NCBI GenBank assembly: GCA_964498245.1
Contig: CAZCGK010000002.1
Location: 6,133 to 70,132, forward strand
From: an uncultured archaeon
GTDB lineage: Archaea > Aenigmatarchaeota > Aenigmatarchaeia > QMZP01
DNA: 64,000 bases
Direction of reading: 5' to 3'
A program made the translations under genes and the position numbers. Positions within the stretch are counted from its first letter, which is position 1. Each line of letters starts with the position of its first letter. Positions 48,559 through 58,037 of this stretch are shown one piece after another. The notes beneath the pieces were generated by a model, which had not been told where the DNA came from, did no database searches, and saw only the letters and a program-made list of their open reading frames with translations.

Positions 48559-48863
48559 TGGCAACAATATGTGAAAAGTGTGGCTTACCGAAGGACCTTT
48601 GTGTATGTGAAACGATAGCAAAGGAAGGAGAGAAAATAAAGATTTCTACAACAAATAAAAGATACGGAAAAACCATAACAATAATAGAAGGTATAGGAAA
48701 GGATGTGAACACCAAAAAAATATTAAAGGAACTTAAAACAAAGCTCGCATGCGGCGGAACCATAAAAAATAGTGTGATAGAACTTCAGGGAAATCATAAA
48801 CAAAAAGCAAAACAACTTCTCGTAAAACTCGGATTTACAGAGGATCAAATAGAAGTAATTTAA
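48558..48863 (+). CDS. sui1: translation initiation factor SUI1 (aSUI1/eIF1)
   Basis: It has an N-terminal Zn-ribbon-like CEKCG...CVC motif and a SUI1 fold with the GGTIKN signature. Confidence 0.9.
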   Translation: MATICEKCGLPKDLCVCETIAKEGEKIKISTTNKRYGKTITIIEGIGKDVNTKKILKELKTKLACGGTIKNSVIELQGNHKQKAKQLLVKLGFTEDQIEVI

Positions 48864-48894
48864 AATATAAATCTCATTTGCAAATCAAAATACT

Positions 48895-50106
48895 ATGAAA
48901 ATTGCTGTATTTTCCGATATACATCTCGGATTCGGTACAAACACAGAATTATGGTATGATGCGTTCGATTCTTTTAAAGAAGCTATGAAAAAAAGTCTGG
49001 ACTGTGACGTAATTCTCATAGCAGGAGACATGTTCGATTCAAGAAATCCGGGAACTGATGTTTTGGCAAGGGCGATGGAAATACTTATGGAATCGCTTCT
49101 TGTAGATAATGATGTGAAAATTGTGGAAGGTATAAATAAAGATGTAAAAGAACTCTCTCCTATACATGAAAAAGGTATTCCTGTTATTGCGATTCACGGA
49201 ACACATGAAAGAAGGGTAAAAGGATTTATCAACCCAGTAGAAGCTTTGGAGAAAGCCGGATTTCTCATTCATCTGCATTGCAGTAGCATAATTCTGGAAA
49301 AGAATAATGAAAGAATTTGCGTTCACGGAATGTCTGGTGTTCCTGACCACTACACCGAATCCGTCCTTCAGAACTGGAATCCGAAACCGGTAAGGGGATG
49401 TTTCAATATTTTGATGCTTCACCAATCCTTAAAACCATTTATGTATGCAGAGCATCTTACAGACATAGAAAAATTACCAAAAGGATTTGATATTTACATT
49501 TGCGGTCATATTCACGAAGCCATGAAATACAAGCATCGCGATTCCCTGTTTCTCATTCCCGGATCATTTATAGTAACTCAGATAACAAAAGAAGCACTAA
49601 AGCCCAAGGGTTTCTGGAAGTTTGATACGCGTGATCCGGAAAAAACACTGGAATTTGTGGAGTTTGAGAATCAGAGAAAAATACACATAGAAGAAATAAA
49701 TGAAGAGGCCACAGAGGAGAAAATCACATCGATTATAAAAAACATCATCTCCCAGAACCATGCAAAAAAACCTGTGATAAGAATAAAATTGCTCAAAGAC
49801 AGCAGTATAGATTTGAATTACATTGCAAAAAGATACAGCAATCATGCAATACTTTCGTTTAAAAAATCCCCTTCTTGTAAGGAAGGGTTCGGTTTCAAAA
49901 CTGTTGAGGAGCACAAACTTTCTGTTGAAGAGCTGGGAAAAAAACTTTTGAGAGAAAACATAGCACGATCAGGACTGGATATTCCTGTGTTTGAAAATGT
50001 TTTTGAGTTTTTGCTGGAGGGCAAAGCAGAAGAAGCATTAAATATTTTAAAATCAAAAATTAAAGTGAATGAAGGACGAAACCATGACCAAAACATTTCT
50101 GGATAA
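48895..50106 (+). CDS. calcineurin-like metallophosphoesterase (Mre11/SbcD-like)
   Basis: It has the phosphoesterase motifs DIHLG, GDMFD, and GHIHE/GTHE. Confidence 0.6.
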   Translation: MKIAVFSDIHLGFGTNTELWYDAFDSFKEAMKKSLDCDVILIAGDMFDSRNPGTDVLARAMEILMESLLVDNDVKIVEGINKDVKELSPIHEKGIPVIAIHGTHERRVKGFINPVEALEKAGFLIHLHCSSIILEKNNERICVHGMSGVPDHYTESVLQNWNPKPVRGCFNILMLHQSLKPFMYAEHLTDIEKLPKGFDIYICGHIHEAMKYKHRDSLFLIPGSFIVTQITKEALKPKGFWKFDTRDPEKTLEFVEFENQRKIHIEEINEEATEEKITSIIKNIISQNHAKKPVIRIKLLKDSSIDLNYIAKRYSNHAILSFKKSPSCKEGFGFKTVEEHKLSVEELGKKLLRENIARSGLDIPVFENVFEFLLEGKAEEALNILKSKIKVNEGRNHDQNISG

Positions 50107-50377
50107 GGAAACTGTGGAAAGAATCGCCTCCCTTGCAAGATTAACACTCTCTGAGGATGAAGTAAAAAGGTTTTCTAAGGAGCTCTCTGCTGTACTTGAG
50201 GCTTTTAGAGTTCTTCAAAGAGTTGATACTTCCGGCATATCACCTTCATTTCACCCAATAAATCTCAAGGAAAAAACAAGAGAGGATAAAATAGAAAAAA
50301 GTCTCTTGCAAAGGGAAGCCCTATCGAACACGAGAAACAAAGAAGAAGGTTATTTCAAAGGTCCGAAAGTAGTGTGA
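50084..50377 (+). CDS. gatC: aspartyl/glutamyl-tRNA amidotransferase subunit C-like
   Basis: It has the IASLARLTLSEDEV motif typical of GatC and a length of about 98 aa. Confidence 0.6.
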   Translation: MTKTFLDKETVERIASLARLTLSEDEVKRFSKELSAVLEAFRVLQRVDTSGISPSFHPINLKEKTREDKIEKSLLQREALSNTRNKEEGYFKGPKVV

Positions 50378-50438
50378 TAATTCTTTTTTAAAGCATCGAA
50401 AGCTTAATATTACCTAAAATTTTTACAAGGTGTTATTT

Positions 50439-52187
50439 ATGGAAGATAAAACACGTTCGCCCATATTGGTAAATTTGGGTCATGTTGATCACGGAAAAAC
50501 CACACTGCTAGATAAAATAAGAGGAAGTGCTGTTGCAAAATCCGAACCAGGTCTTATAACCCAGCACATCTCTGCAAGCTATATCCCGATGGATGTTATA
50601 AGAAAAATATGCCAACCACTTCTTCAAAAAATCAAGATCGATCTTAGCCTCCCGGGATTTTTATGGATAGATTCTCCAGGACACGAAGCATTCACAACTT
50701 TGAGAAAGCGTGGTGGTGCGATAGCCGATCTTGCAGTTCTTGTTATTGATATCAATGAAGGATTTAAACCGCAAACAGATGAATCCATAAATTTTTTGAA
50801 ACAGTTCAAAACACCTTTTATTGTGGCAGCAACAAAGATAGATAAGATTTCTGGATGGATTCCACATAACGATGCATGCTTTATAGATTCAATAAATCTA
50901 CAGCCTTCTAGGGTTGTAGAGGAACTTGAAAACAAAGTTTACACACTCGTGGGTCAGCTTGCTGAAAGAGGTTTTCAGTCAGAAAGATATGACAGGGTTA
51001 GGGATTTCACAAAGCAAGTAGCAATAGTCCCTGTTTCTGGTGTTACAGGAGAGGGCATTCCGGATCTTCTTGTAACAATAGAAGGGATATCAGAAAAGTT
51101 TCTCAAAGACAGGCTTGAGATTCAAAGCGATAGGGGAAAAGGAACAATTCTTGAGGTTAAGGAATACCGGGGATTGGGAACAACAATAGATGTTATTCTC
51201 TATGATGGTGAGATGAAAAGAGGGGATTACATTATCATAGGTGGAAGGGAAACAATTGTTACAAAAATAAAGGCTCTTCTGGAACCAAAACCCCTGAGAG
51301 AATTAAGATCAGAAAAGGACTTCATTTCAGTGGAAAGGGTACGCGCTGCTGCTGGTGTAAAAGTAGCAGCACCCAATTTGGATAAAGCAATAGCAGGTTC
51401 TCCCATCAGAGCCACAGGCAAGGAAGGGGACATAGAAGAATGTATAAGAGAGGTTGAAAGCGAGGTTTCTGAGGTTGAAATACAGACAGAGAAAGAAGGT
51501 GTGATACTCAAAGCGGACACACTTGGAAGTCTTGAGGCACTGATAAAAACATTCAGAGAGATGAACATTTCAATAAGAAAGGCGCTTGTAGGTGATGTGA
51601 ATAAAAGCGATATCATGGAGATAAAGGCTTTCTCAGAGCCCTTGATTTTTGCTTTTGGTGTAAAAATTCCGCCGGAAGTTGAGAAAATAGCAAAGGATAA
51701 TAATGTGAAGATATTCAAATCCAACGTGATATACAAGCTTGTGGAAGATTTTGAAAGGTGGCAGAAAGAAAAGCAGAAAAGAAAAGAAGAAATGCTTTTG
51801 GCTTCGGTTACGAGACCTGGAAGGATAAGAGTTCTTCCGGGCTATATCTTCAGACAGAGCAAACCTGCTATCTTCGGTGTTGAAGTTCTGAAAGGCATTA
51901 TAAAGCCAAGGTATAAACTGCGAAAGGGAAAAGAGCTCATAGGAGAAATAAAGGAGATCCAGTTCAGTGGTGAAAATATAAATGAAGCAAAAACCGGAGA
52001 TAAGGTTGCCATTTCAATGGATGATGTGGTTATGGGAAAGGATATAAATGAAGGTGATATTCTGGAAACAGCGGTAACCCCTGAAGATATGGAAAAACTC
52101 GAAGAGCTCAAACCAAGACTCAGGAAAGACGAGATCGAACTTCTGGAGGAATGGAAAAATGAGCAGGAACAGAATTTGCGCTGTTGA
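50439..52187 (+). CDS. infB: translation initiation factor aIF5B (IF2 homolog)
   Basis: It has the GHVDHGKTTLLD P-loop and the DSPGH motif. Its four-domain length is about 583 aa. Confidence 0.9.
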   Translation: MEDKTRSPILVNLGHVDHGKTTLLDKIRGSAVAKSEPGLITQHISASYIPMDVIRKICQPLLQKIKIDLSLPGFLWIDSPGHEAFTTLRKRGGAIADLAVLVIDINEGFKPQTDESINFLKQFKTPFIVAATKIDKISGWIPHNDACFIDSINLQPSRVVEELENKVYTLVGQLAERGFQSERYDRVRDFTKQVAIVPVSGVTGEGIPDLLVTIEGISEKFLKDRLEIQSDRGKGTILEVKEYRGLGTTIDVILYDGEMKRGDYIIIGGRETIVTKIKALLEPKPLRELRSEKDFISVERVRAAAGVKVAAPNLDKAIAGSPIRATGKEGDIEECIREVESEVSEVEIQTEKEGVILKADTLGSLEALIKTFREMNISIRKALVGDVNKSDIMEIKAFSEPLIFAFGVKIPPEVEKIAKDNNVKIFKSNVIYKLVEDFERWQKEKQKRKEEMLLASVTRPGRIRVLPGYIFRQSKPAIFGVEVLKGIIKPRYKLRKGKELIGEIKEIQFSGENINEAKTGDKVAISMDDVVMGKDINEGDILETAVTPEDMEKLEELKPRLRKDEIELLEEWKNEQEQNLRC

Positions 52188-52581
52188 TCCGGTAATTGTT
52201 AAGGAGAATAAGATACTTCTCATAAAAAGGGCATTTGGAATCTTTAAAGGATATTGGGTCCTTCCAGGAGGTAAAATAAAACCAGAAGAAACTGCAGAAT
52301 CAGCATGTATAAGAGAAGCCAAGGAGGAAACAGGACTGGATGTAGAGGTTGTAAAATTCTTGGGCTTTTATGATAGCCCTGAAAGAGATCCGGAAAAACA
52401 TGCAATATCTCTCGCATTTCTCTGCAAACCCTTGAAGGGAGACCTCAAAACCAATTCAGAAGCAACAGAAATAAAATTCTTTTCCTTTCAAAACCTCCCA
52501 GAAAAAATGGGATTTGATCACAGAAAGATAGTAGAGGATGCGATGAAGGTTTTGGGACTATCGAAAGAGCATCTTCGATAA
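52159..52581 (+). CDS. NUDIX hydrolase
   Basis: It has the Nudix box GGKIKPEETAESACIREAKEETGL. Confidence 0.75.
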   Translation: MSRNRICAVDPVIVKENKILLIKRAFGIFKGYWVLPGGKIKPEETAESACIREAKEETGLDVEVVKFLGFYDSPERDPEKHAISLAFLCKPLKGDLKTNSEATEIKFFSFQNLPEKMGFDHRKIVEDAMKVLGLSKEHLR

Positions 52582-52583
52582 AT

Positions 52584-52826
52584 TTATTTCGATTTCTTAA
52601 TCTCCTCCAAAATTCTCTTAACGTCCCACACTTCTATTTCTTCAGGCTTTCTCTCTAAAATCTTTTTTTCAGGCACGATTAGAATTTTTTTGCAATCCTT
52701 AAATTTTCCTAATCTCTCCTCTATTTTTCTTATTTCACCTCTGTTGACATTTTCCTTCCATTTGACCTCTCCTACTATCTCTTTCATCAATAAGTTCCAT
52801 TTTGAATTCAGAAAACTTTTTTGCAA
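52584..52826 (-). CDS. hypothetical small protein
   Basis: It is an 80-aa charged ORF with no recognisable motifs. Confidence 0.25.
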   Translation of the reverse strand: MQKSFLNSKWNLLMKEIVGEVKWKENVNRGEIRKIEERLGKFKDCKKILIVPEKKILERKPEEIEVWDVKRILEEIKKSK

Positions 52827-52899
52827 TCCATAAAGTCGATGAAATCGCGATTAAATTTCCTTTGATCCCAAACGCATGCAATCTATCATGAAACTCTTT

Positions 52900-53433
52900 C
52901 TATACTTTTAAAGAAAACCACCTAAGCCATGCAAACCACAATCCAAGAACAAGCGATATAAGCCCGAACTGCCACAGAAAATCATGAAGAAACGAGGCTG
53001 TCTCCGGTCCGTAGGCAAGCCCTGCAAGGACCGCGCTAAATATTCTGAAAAGATTTGCAACCCAGATAACAGGCAACCCTGCAGCTATACCGTAAAATCT
53101 TTTCTTATTTTTCACAGCCGGAACCGCAAAAACCAGTGCTGAAAAAAACAGAAGGGACTTCCATCCAGTACAATCTTGATCTATCACAAAGGCAAAACCC
53201 ATATTATTCTCAGAAAACACTGAAAGATATGCGCCTTCTCTGGAAACATTCAAACCCGATACTCTCAACATAAACTCAATCTGTCCCGCAACGGTTAATT
53301 GCAGAGGATTCAGAATTTGAGAAAAGGTCAAAACTGCATACAGCGGAATAGAAAGAACAAGAAGACGCAAAAGAAAGATTAGTGTAAGTAGCATTCTTTT
53401 CTGAAGAGATGTGAGTTCAATTTTTTTCCACAT
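52900..53433 (-). CDS. exosortase/archaeosortase-family membrane protein
   Basis: It is polytopic with a candidate catalytic Cys in IDQDCTGWKS and a conserved Arg in NLFRIFS. Its size matches the short archaeosortases. Confidence 0.55.
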   Translation of the reverse strand: MWKKIELTSLQKRMLLTLIFLLRLLVLSIPLYAVLTFSQILNPLQLTVAGQIEFMLRVSGLNVSREGAYLSVFSENNMGFAFVIDQDCTGWKSLLFFSALVFAVPAVKNKKRFYGIAAGLPVIWVANLFRIFSAVLAGLAYGPETASFLHDFLWQFGLISLVLGLWFAWLRWFSLKV

Positions 53434-53435
53434 GT

Positions 53436-53960
53436 CTATATTTTTGTTTTGAGTTTAATATTTATGAATCGATTTATGCTATTTGCTATGTTTTCTCCAT
53501 GAAGCAGTACGCTGGTTTTTACATGATTCTCTGCATCTGCATTTCCTGAAAGACCATATTTACAAAGGCTTGTATTTATTCTTCTCATTAATTGCCGTAT
53601 CCTTTTTCCTGCAAATACAGCAGAAGCCAGAGCATCCCTTTCATGATGATTTGAGAATATATTATCCTCCGTGTATTTTTTTGTCAATTTTATCTTTTCG
53701 TTCACGCTCAATGTCTTTTTCGGTATGATAAGCCTTGCTGAAAATGAGGATGCAATCTTTTCAACCATTTTGCAGGGAGGATTTGTATCCCCTGAAATTA
53801 TAACAGGAATACCGTGCTTTGAGATCTCCTTTGCAATTCTCGATCTGGAGAGATTTTTCTCACTGAAAACAGAAATAACATTTCCTTCAAGATCAAGAAG
53901 AGCGATTCCGGTTGTTGTTCCAGGGTCTATACCAACAATGAGAAGTTTTTTGGAAACCGT
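53436..53960 (-). CDS. RNase H-fold (YqgF/RuvC-like) nuclease-family protein, putative; start codon unresolved
   Basis: The frame is open from 53960 and encodes KLLIVGIDPGTTTGIALLDLEG...ISGD. There is no ATG/GTG/TTG upstream of the conserved N-terminus; the first ATG lies at 53768, inside the conserved region. Confidence 0.4.
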   Translation of the reverse strand, partial: TVSKKLLIVGIDPGTTTGIALLDLEGNVISVFSEKNLSRSRIAKEISKHGIPVIISGDTNPPCKMVEKIASSFSARLIIPKKTLSVNEKIKLTKKYTEDNIFSNHHERDALASAVFAGKRIRQLMRRINTSLCKYGLSGNADAENHVKTSVLLHGENIANSINRFINIKLKTKI

Positions 53961-53972
53961 TTAACCACCTCA

Positions 53973-54287
53973 ATGAGAAATTTAAATCAAACGAATTTAA
54001 ATATTTTCATGGAATATCCGGAATGCGTAATTACTATAAACAGAAAGGGCGAGAGGGAAGTTCGAAGACTGCTTCGCAGAGGAGAGTTTGTGGAATATGA
54101 TTACATAGACCCGGAAACAGGAAGGGTTAAAGAGGGAGGAAAGAAAAGCATAATATTGAAAACCCGGGAGGGAATGCAGCATTACTTTCTCATACCCCTA
54201 AAAACCGAAGGAAGGTTTCTTGCTGTACTGGATAAAGAGACCAAAGAAATAAAATTATGGGATGGAAAAAAAGCGGTTGATGTGTAG
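53973..54287 (+). CDS. hypothetical protein
   Basis: It is a 104-aa ORF with no motifs. Confidence 0.3.
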   Translation: MRNLNQTNLNIFMEYPECVITINRKGEREVRRLLRRGEFVEYDYIDPETGRVKEGGKKSIILKTREGMQHYFLIPLKTEGRFLAVLDKETKEIKLWDGKKAVDV

Positions 54288-54305
54288 TTTTAAATAGAGT
54301 TTTGT

Positions 54306-54923
54306 TTATTTTTCTAATCTTCCCAAAATCTCTTTCTTCCAGAGTTTGATTTTTCTTGGATTCTGAATTCCCAGGTATTGGAATTCTTTTGAAGCAGACA
54401 AGATGATTTCTTTCAGCCTGTTTCTGTAAGAAATGAGTTTAAATTTTTGTAGAAGTTTCAGATATCTTTTCAAATTAATTTCTGAATTCATAAGCAAATT
54501 AATAATATCCACTCTATCTTTTTGACCCTTTACAGAATCCTTTCTTGCAAGTTCTGCTTGCTGTTTCAGTATTAAAAGGATCTCTGGTTCGGGAATTCGA
54601 AAGCCCTCGATTAGAATGGAAGATTTCTGTATTTCCTCCGGAGGAACAGCGAGATCTGAATAAAAGGGAACATAAATATCTATGGATATACCTTCAATGA
54701 GGGCTTCGTATTTTTTCAGGAAGGGTGTTTTTTTAAGGGAATATTTCCTTCTCAGGATTTCAAGTTCTTCAAAACCCACAATTATATCAATATCCTTACT
54801 TTTTATGGTACGGGTTAGCAGATAGCAAGCCCAGCCTCCTATCAGAATGAAATCTATTTCCTTTTTCAACCCTATCAAAACCTTCCAGGATTTTTCTATT
54901 GCAATATCATTCCAGAACTCCAT
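54306..54923 (-). CDS. nucleotidyltransferase-fold protein, putative (AbiEii-like?)
   Basis: It has an ILIGGWA motif resembling the GG(T/S)A of minimal nucleotidyltransferases. The assignment is tentative. Confidence 0.35.
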   Translation of the reverse strand: MEFWNDIAIEKSWKVLIGLKKEIDFILIGGWACYLLTRTIKSKDIDIIVGFEELEILRRKYSLKKTPFLKKYEALIEGISIDIYVPFYSDLAVPPEEIQKSSILIEGFRIPEPEILLILKQQAELARKDSVKGQKDRVDIINLLMNSEINLKRYLKLLQKFKLISYRNRLKEIILSASKEFQYLGIQNPRKIKLWKKEILGRLEK

Positions 54924-55507
54924 CTTACTCCCTCCATAATCTTTTTTTCCAATGCTTTCAAAAACTCATCTGCATACCAAGTATTCAAATTCCAGAGGTC
55001 AACAAAGAGTTGGGCTATAGGAACTTTTCGGAAAGATTGAAGATGAGGGTCGGGTTTAAGGATAAAAAGGTTCGGTCTTCCGGGTTTGGGAGGAAATCTT
55101 TCCATGATAAGATTCCTCTCTCCGTAAACCCAAACCTCTGAGTAATCCGAAGGAGTGGAATCAAATCTAAATTTATACCCTGAGTACGCAGTGAAGAGAA
55201 CCGGAGGAAGCTCTTTCTCTATTTCCTCCACCCTTTGATTTACCCTGGTCTGATAAACTATATCCTTTTCCAGATTTCTAATGCTTGCCCAGTAAAGAAG
55301 GATTTTCTTTGGATTTATCACGTAGAACCCCATGGGTTTTTTCTCTATGGAGTTCATTTTTTCTAAGGGCTTCAAGGCTTTGTGGACATTGCCTGTGGAG
55401 GTTTTACAGATCTTGGCTAAAGAGGATTGTTTAAAAAAATTCTCCTTCTTTTCCAAAACCCTGTAAAGGATCTCCCTGTAAACCCTTTCGGATTTCTTCA
55501 TTTTCAA
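54896..55507 (-). CDS. HTH-domain protein, putative transcriptional regulator (AbiEi-like?)
   Basis: It has an N-terminal winged-helix-like segment and overlaps the downstream gene. Confidence 0.35.
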   Translation of the reverse strand: MKMKKSERVYREILYRVLEKKENFFKQSSLAKICKTSTGNVHKALKPLEKMNSIEKKPMGFYVINPKKILLYWASIRNLEKDIVYQTRVNQRVEEIEKELPPVLFTAYSGYKFRFDSTPSDYSEVWVYGERNLIMERFPPKPGRPNLFILKPDPHLQSFRKVPIAQLFVDLWNLNTWYADEFLKALEKKIMEGVRWSSGMILQ

Positions 55508-55652
55508 TTTTTATGATTTAATATTTATAAATCTTTCACTTTTTGGTGAAAATCTGACTACGAAATATCTTACCGCTTTATTTAGTTCCGATATATGAAT
55601 TCGGAAAAATCTTATCAAGAGAACTCTCAAAAAAAGAATTCAAAAAGCATAG

Positions 55653-56102
55653 CTATTTTTTATTAGCAGGAACAAGTTTTTCATCAACAATTTTGAAGTG
55701 CTTATATTTCTCAAACATATCAAGAATCATATGATATTGGGTTTGATATTTTTTGACCATTTCCTCAACAGTTATCCCGGATTTTAAATTCTTCATTTCT
55801 TCAGTAAAATCAATGACAATCTCTTCCAGATGGTTTTGCAATTCACTATCTATTGGAATGTATTTTAAATAAGAAGGTGGAATTTTTTTACCATTATGCT
55901 TAAATTGGTTACAGCCTCTAAGTTCCTGTTCGAATGTTAACTCAGTACCAATCAAAGAAGGGCAGGACTTGTCATAATAAGGGCTTTTTTCATTTTGACA
56001 AAAATAACCTGCACCATGTCTTCCAACTTCTCGATAATGAACACAATATGAGCACGCCATTACATCTGCCCAACACAAGGGTTGTTGCTTTTTATCTGTC
56101 AT
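55653..56102 (-). CDS. Cys-rich hypothetical protein
   Basis: It has about 9 Cys in the N-terminal 70 aa. Confidence 0.35.
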   Translation of the reverse strand: MTDKKQQPLCWADVMACSYCVHYREVGRHGAGYFCQNEKSPYYDKSCPSLIGTELTFEQELRGCNQFKHNGKKIPPSYLKYIPIDSELQNHLEEIVIDFTEEMKNLKSGITVEEMVKKYQTQYHMILDMFEKYKHFKIVDEKLVPANKK

Positions 56103-56398
56103 AAGATTTATATTAGATACAAAATTATTAAAATTTCCAACAACCGTTCTATTAACTTATTTTTCGTAAAACAACAACATAAAACCGAGAGATAAAACTA
56201 TGGGACCAGAAATTACGAAAATCTCTTTTGGCATCATCATACAAAACTGGAATTGAATAAAGTTTACTGTTAAACCTCTGATTCTCCAAGTGAAACGAGA
56301 ATTTCAGAATACGATTATATAGATCAAGAAACAGAAAAACAGTATTGATATATAATTTTTAATAATTAACCATAAACACATTAAGAGGAGTGTGAAAA

Positions 56399-57682
56399 AT
56401 GCTGGATATAAAACTTATTCGTGAAAGGCCGGAGGTTGTGAGAGAAAATCTCATCAAGAGGAATGAAAAAGAAAAGCTTGAATGGATCGATAAAATTATA
56501 GAATATGATAAGAAGTGGAGAGAATCCCTTCAAAAACTAGAATCCCTTCGGCACAGAAGAAACATTATCACAGAGAAAATAGCGAAATTCAAAAAGGAAG
56601 GAAAAGATACAAGCAGCCTGATAAAAGAGGTTAAAAGCATCCCAGAGAAAATAAAAGATCTGGAAGAAAAAACCCAGAAATACAGAGAAATGATAGATTT
56701 TTATCTTAAAAATCTTCCCAACCTGCTTCATGAATCTGTTCCCTTGGGTAAGGACGAAAATGATAATATTGAAATAAGAAGATGGGGGAGGCCGCCTAAA
56801 TTCGATTTCAAACCCAAAAACCACCTTGAAATTGCAGAAGGACTGGGTCTGATAGATGCAGAGAGAGCAGCAAAGGTCTCTGGATCCAAATTTTTCTATA
56901 TCAAGGGTGAACTCGTTCTTTTGGATATTGCAATTCAGAAATACGCCATAGATTTCCTAATAAAAAAAGGTTTTACACCAGTGGAACCTCCATTCATGCT
57001 GAGAAGGAAACCATACGAAGGTGTGACCGATCTGAAGGATTTTGAAAATGTGATGTACAAAATAGAAAACGAAGACCTTTATCTCATAGCTACATCTGAA
57101 CATCCTATAGCAGCTATGTTTATGAACGAGGTTCTGGAAAAGGATAAGCTACCTCTGAAATTCTGCGGAGTTTCTCCCTGCTTCAGGAAAGAGGCAGGTT
57201 CTCATGGTAAGTACACAAAAGGTCTTTTCAGAATGCATCAGTTCAACAAGATAGAGCAATTTGTTTTCTGTCTTCCAGAAGAAAGCTGGAAAATTCACGA
57301 AGAATTGCAGAAGAATTCCGAAGAGCTTTATCAGGGTTTGGGTTTGCATTACCGTGTGGTAAACGTTTGTACAGGAGATATAGGTCCTATAGCAGCAAAG
57401 AAATACGATATAGAGGTATGGATGGCTGATGGAAAGTTCAGAGAGAGCGGAAGCAATTCCAATTGCACCGACTATCAGGCAAGAAGACTGAATATACGAT
57501 ACCGGGAAAAGGAAGGTCTTCCACCCGCAGGTTTTGTCCACACCCTTAACAACACCGCCCTGGCCACAAGCAGAATAATGGTTGCAATTCTTGAACAGTA
57601 TCAGCAGGAAGATGGATCTGTGGTAATACCCAAGGTTTTAAGACCGTATATGAATGGAATGGATGTTATATCAAAATGGTGA
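56399..57682 (+). CDS. serS: seryl-tRNA synthetase
   Basis: It has an N-terminal coiled-coil arm and class II motifs. Its length is 427 aa. Confidence 0.9.
   Translation: MLDIKLIRERPEVVRENLIKRNEKEKLEWIDKIIEYDKKWRESLQKLESLRHRRNIITEKIAKFKKEGKDTSSLIKEVKSIPEKIKDLEEKTQKYREMIDFYLKNLPNLLHESVPLGKDENDNIEIRRWGRPPKFDFKPKNHLEIAEGLGLIDAERAAKVSGSKFFYIKGELVLLDIAIQKYAIDFLIKKGFTPVEPPFMLRRKPYEGVTDLKDFENVMYKIENEDLYLIATSEHPIAAMFMNEVLEKDKLPLKFCGVSPCFRKEAGSHGKYTKGLFRMHQFNKIEQFVFCLPEESWKIHEELQKNSEELYQGLGLHYRVVNVCTGDIGPIAAKKYDIEVWMADGKFRESGSNSNCTDYQARRLNIRYREKEGLPPAGFVHTLNNTALATSRIMVAILEQYQQEDGSVVIPKVLRPYMNGMDVISKW
57513..57676 (+). repeat. direct repeat copy 1 (164 bp; 3' end of serS)
   Basis: It is identical to 58413-58576. 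Confidence 0.9.
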
Positions 57683-57689
57683 AGAAGTG

Positions 57690-58037
57690 TTACTCTGTTC
57701 CTTCTTCTTTTACGATTTTCTGAAGTTTTTCTTTTAGCGATGGTATATCCTTCATTATTGTATCCCAAACAGCCTCTATATCCACCCCAAAATATGCATG
57801 TATCAATTTATCTCTCATCCCAGCTATTTGTCTCCATGGTATATTTGAATGTTTATTTCTGAAACCTGTTGAAAGATTTTTGGTGGCTTCCCCGATTATC
57901 TCTATTTCCCTTATCACCGCATCTTGGAGCATACGATTATTCCTAAACTCATCATAATCTCTATCTCTCAAATATTCTTCTATTAAATTAATAGCGTCCA
58001 ACATGTGCCTAAGAAATACCAGGTCATCTTTCCTCAT
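57690..58037 (-). CDS. hepT: HepT-family (DUF86) toxin, RNase of a HepT/MNT toxin-antitoxin pair
   Basis: It has the Rx4HxY motif RDKLIHAYF. Confidence 0.8.
   Translation of the reverse strand: MRKDDLVFLRHMLDAINLIEEYLRDRDYDEFRNNRMLQDAVIREIEIIGEATKNLSTGFRNKHSNIPWRQIAGMRDKLIHAYFGVDIEAVWDTIMKDIPSLKEKLQKIVKEEGTE

Noticed and set aside
53483-53964. Plus-strand ORFs 53483-53728 and 53671-53964
   Set aside because: They are low-complexity Phe/Leu-rich translations antisense to a clearly protein-like minus-strand frame (the RNase H-fold nuclease-like gene).
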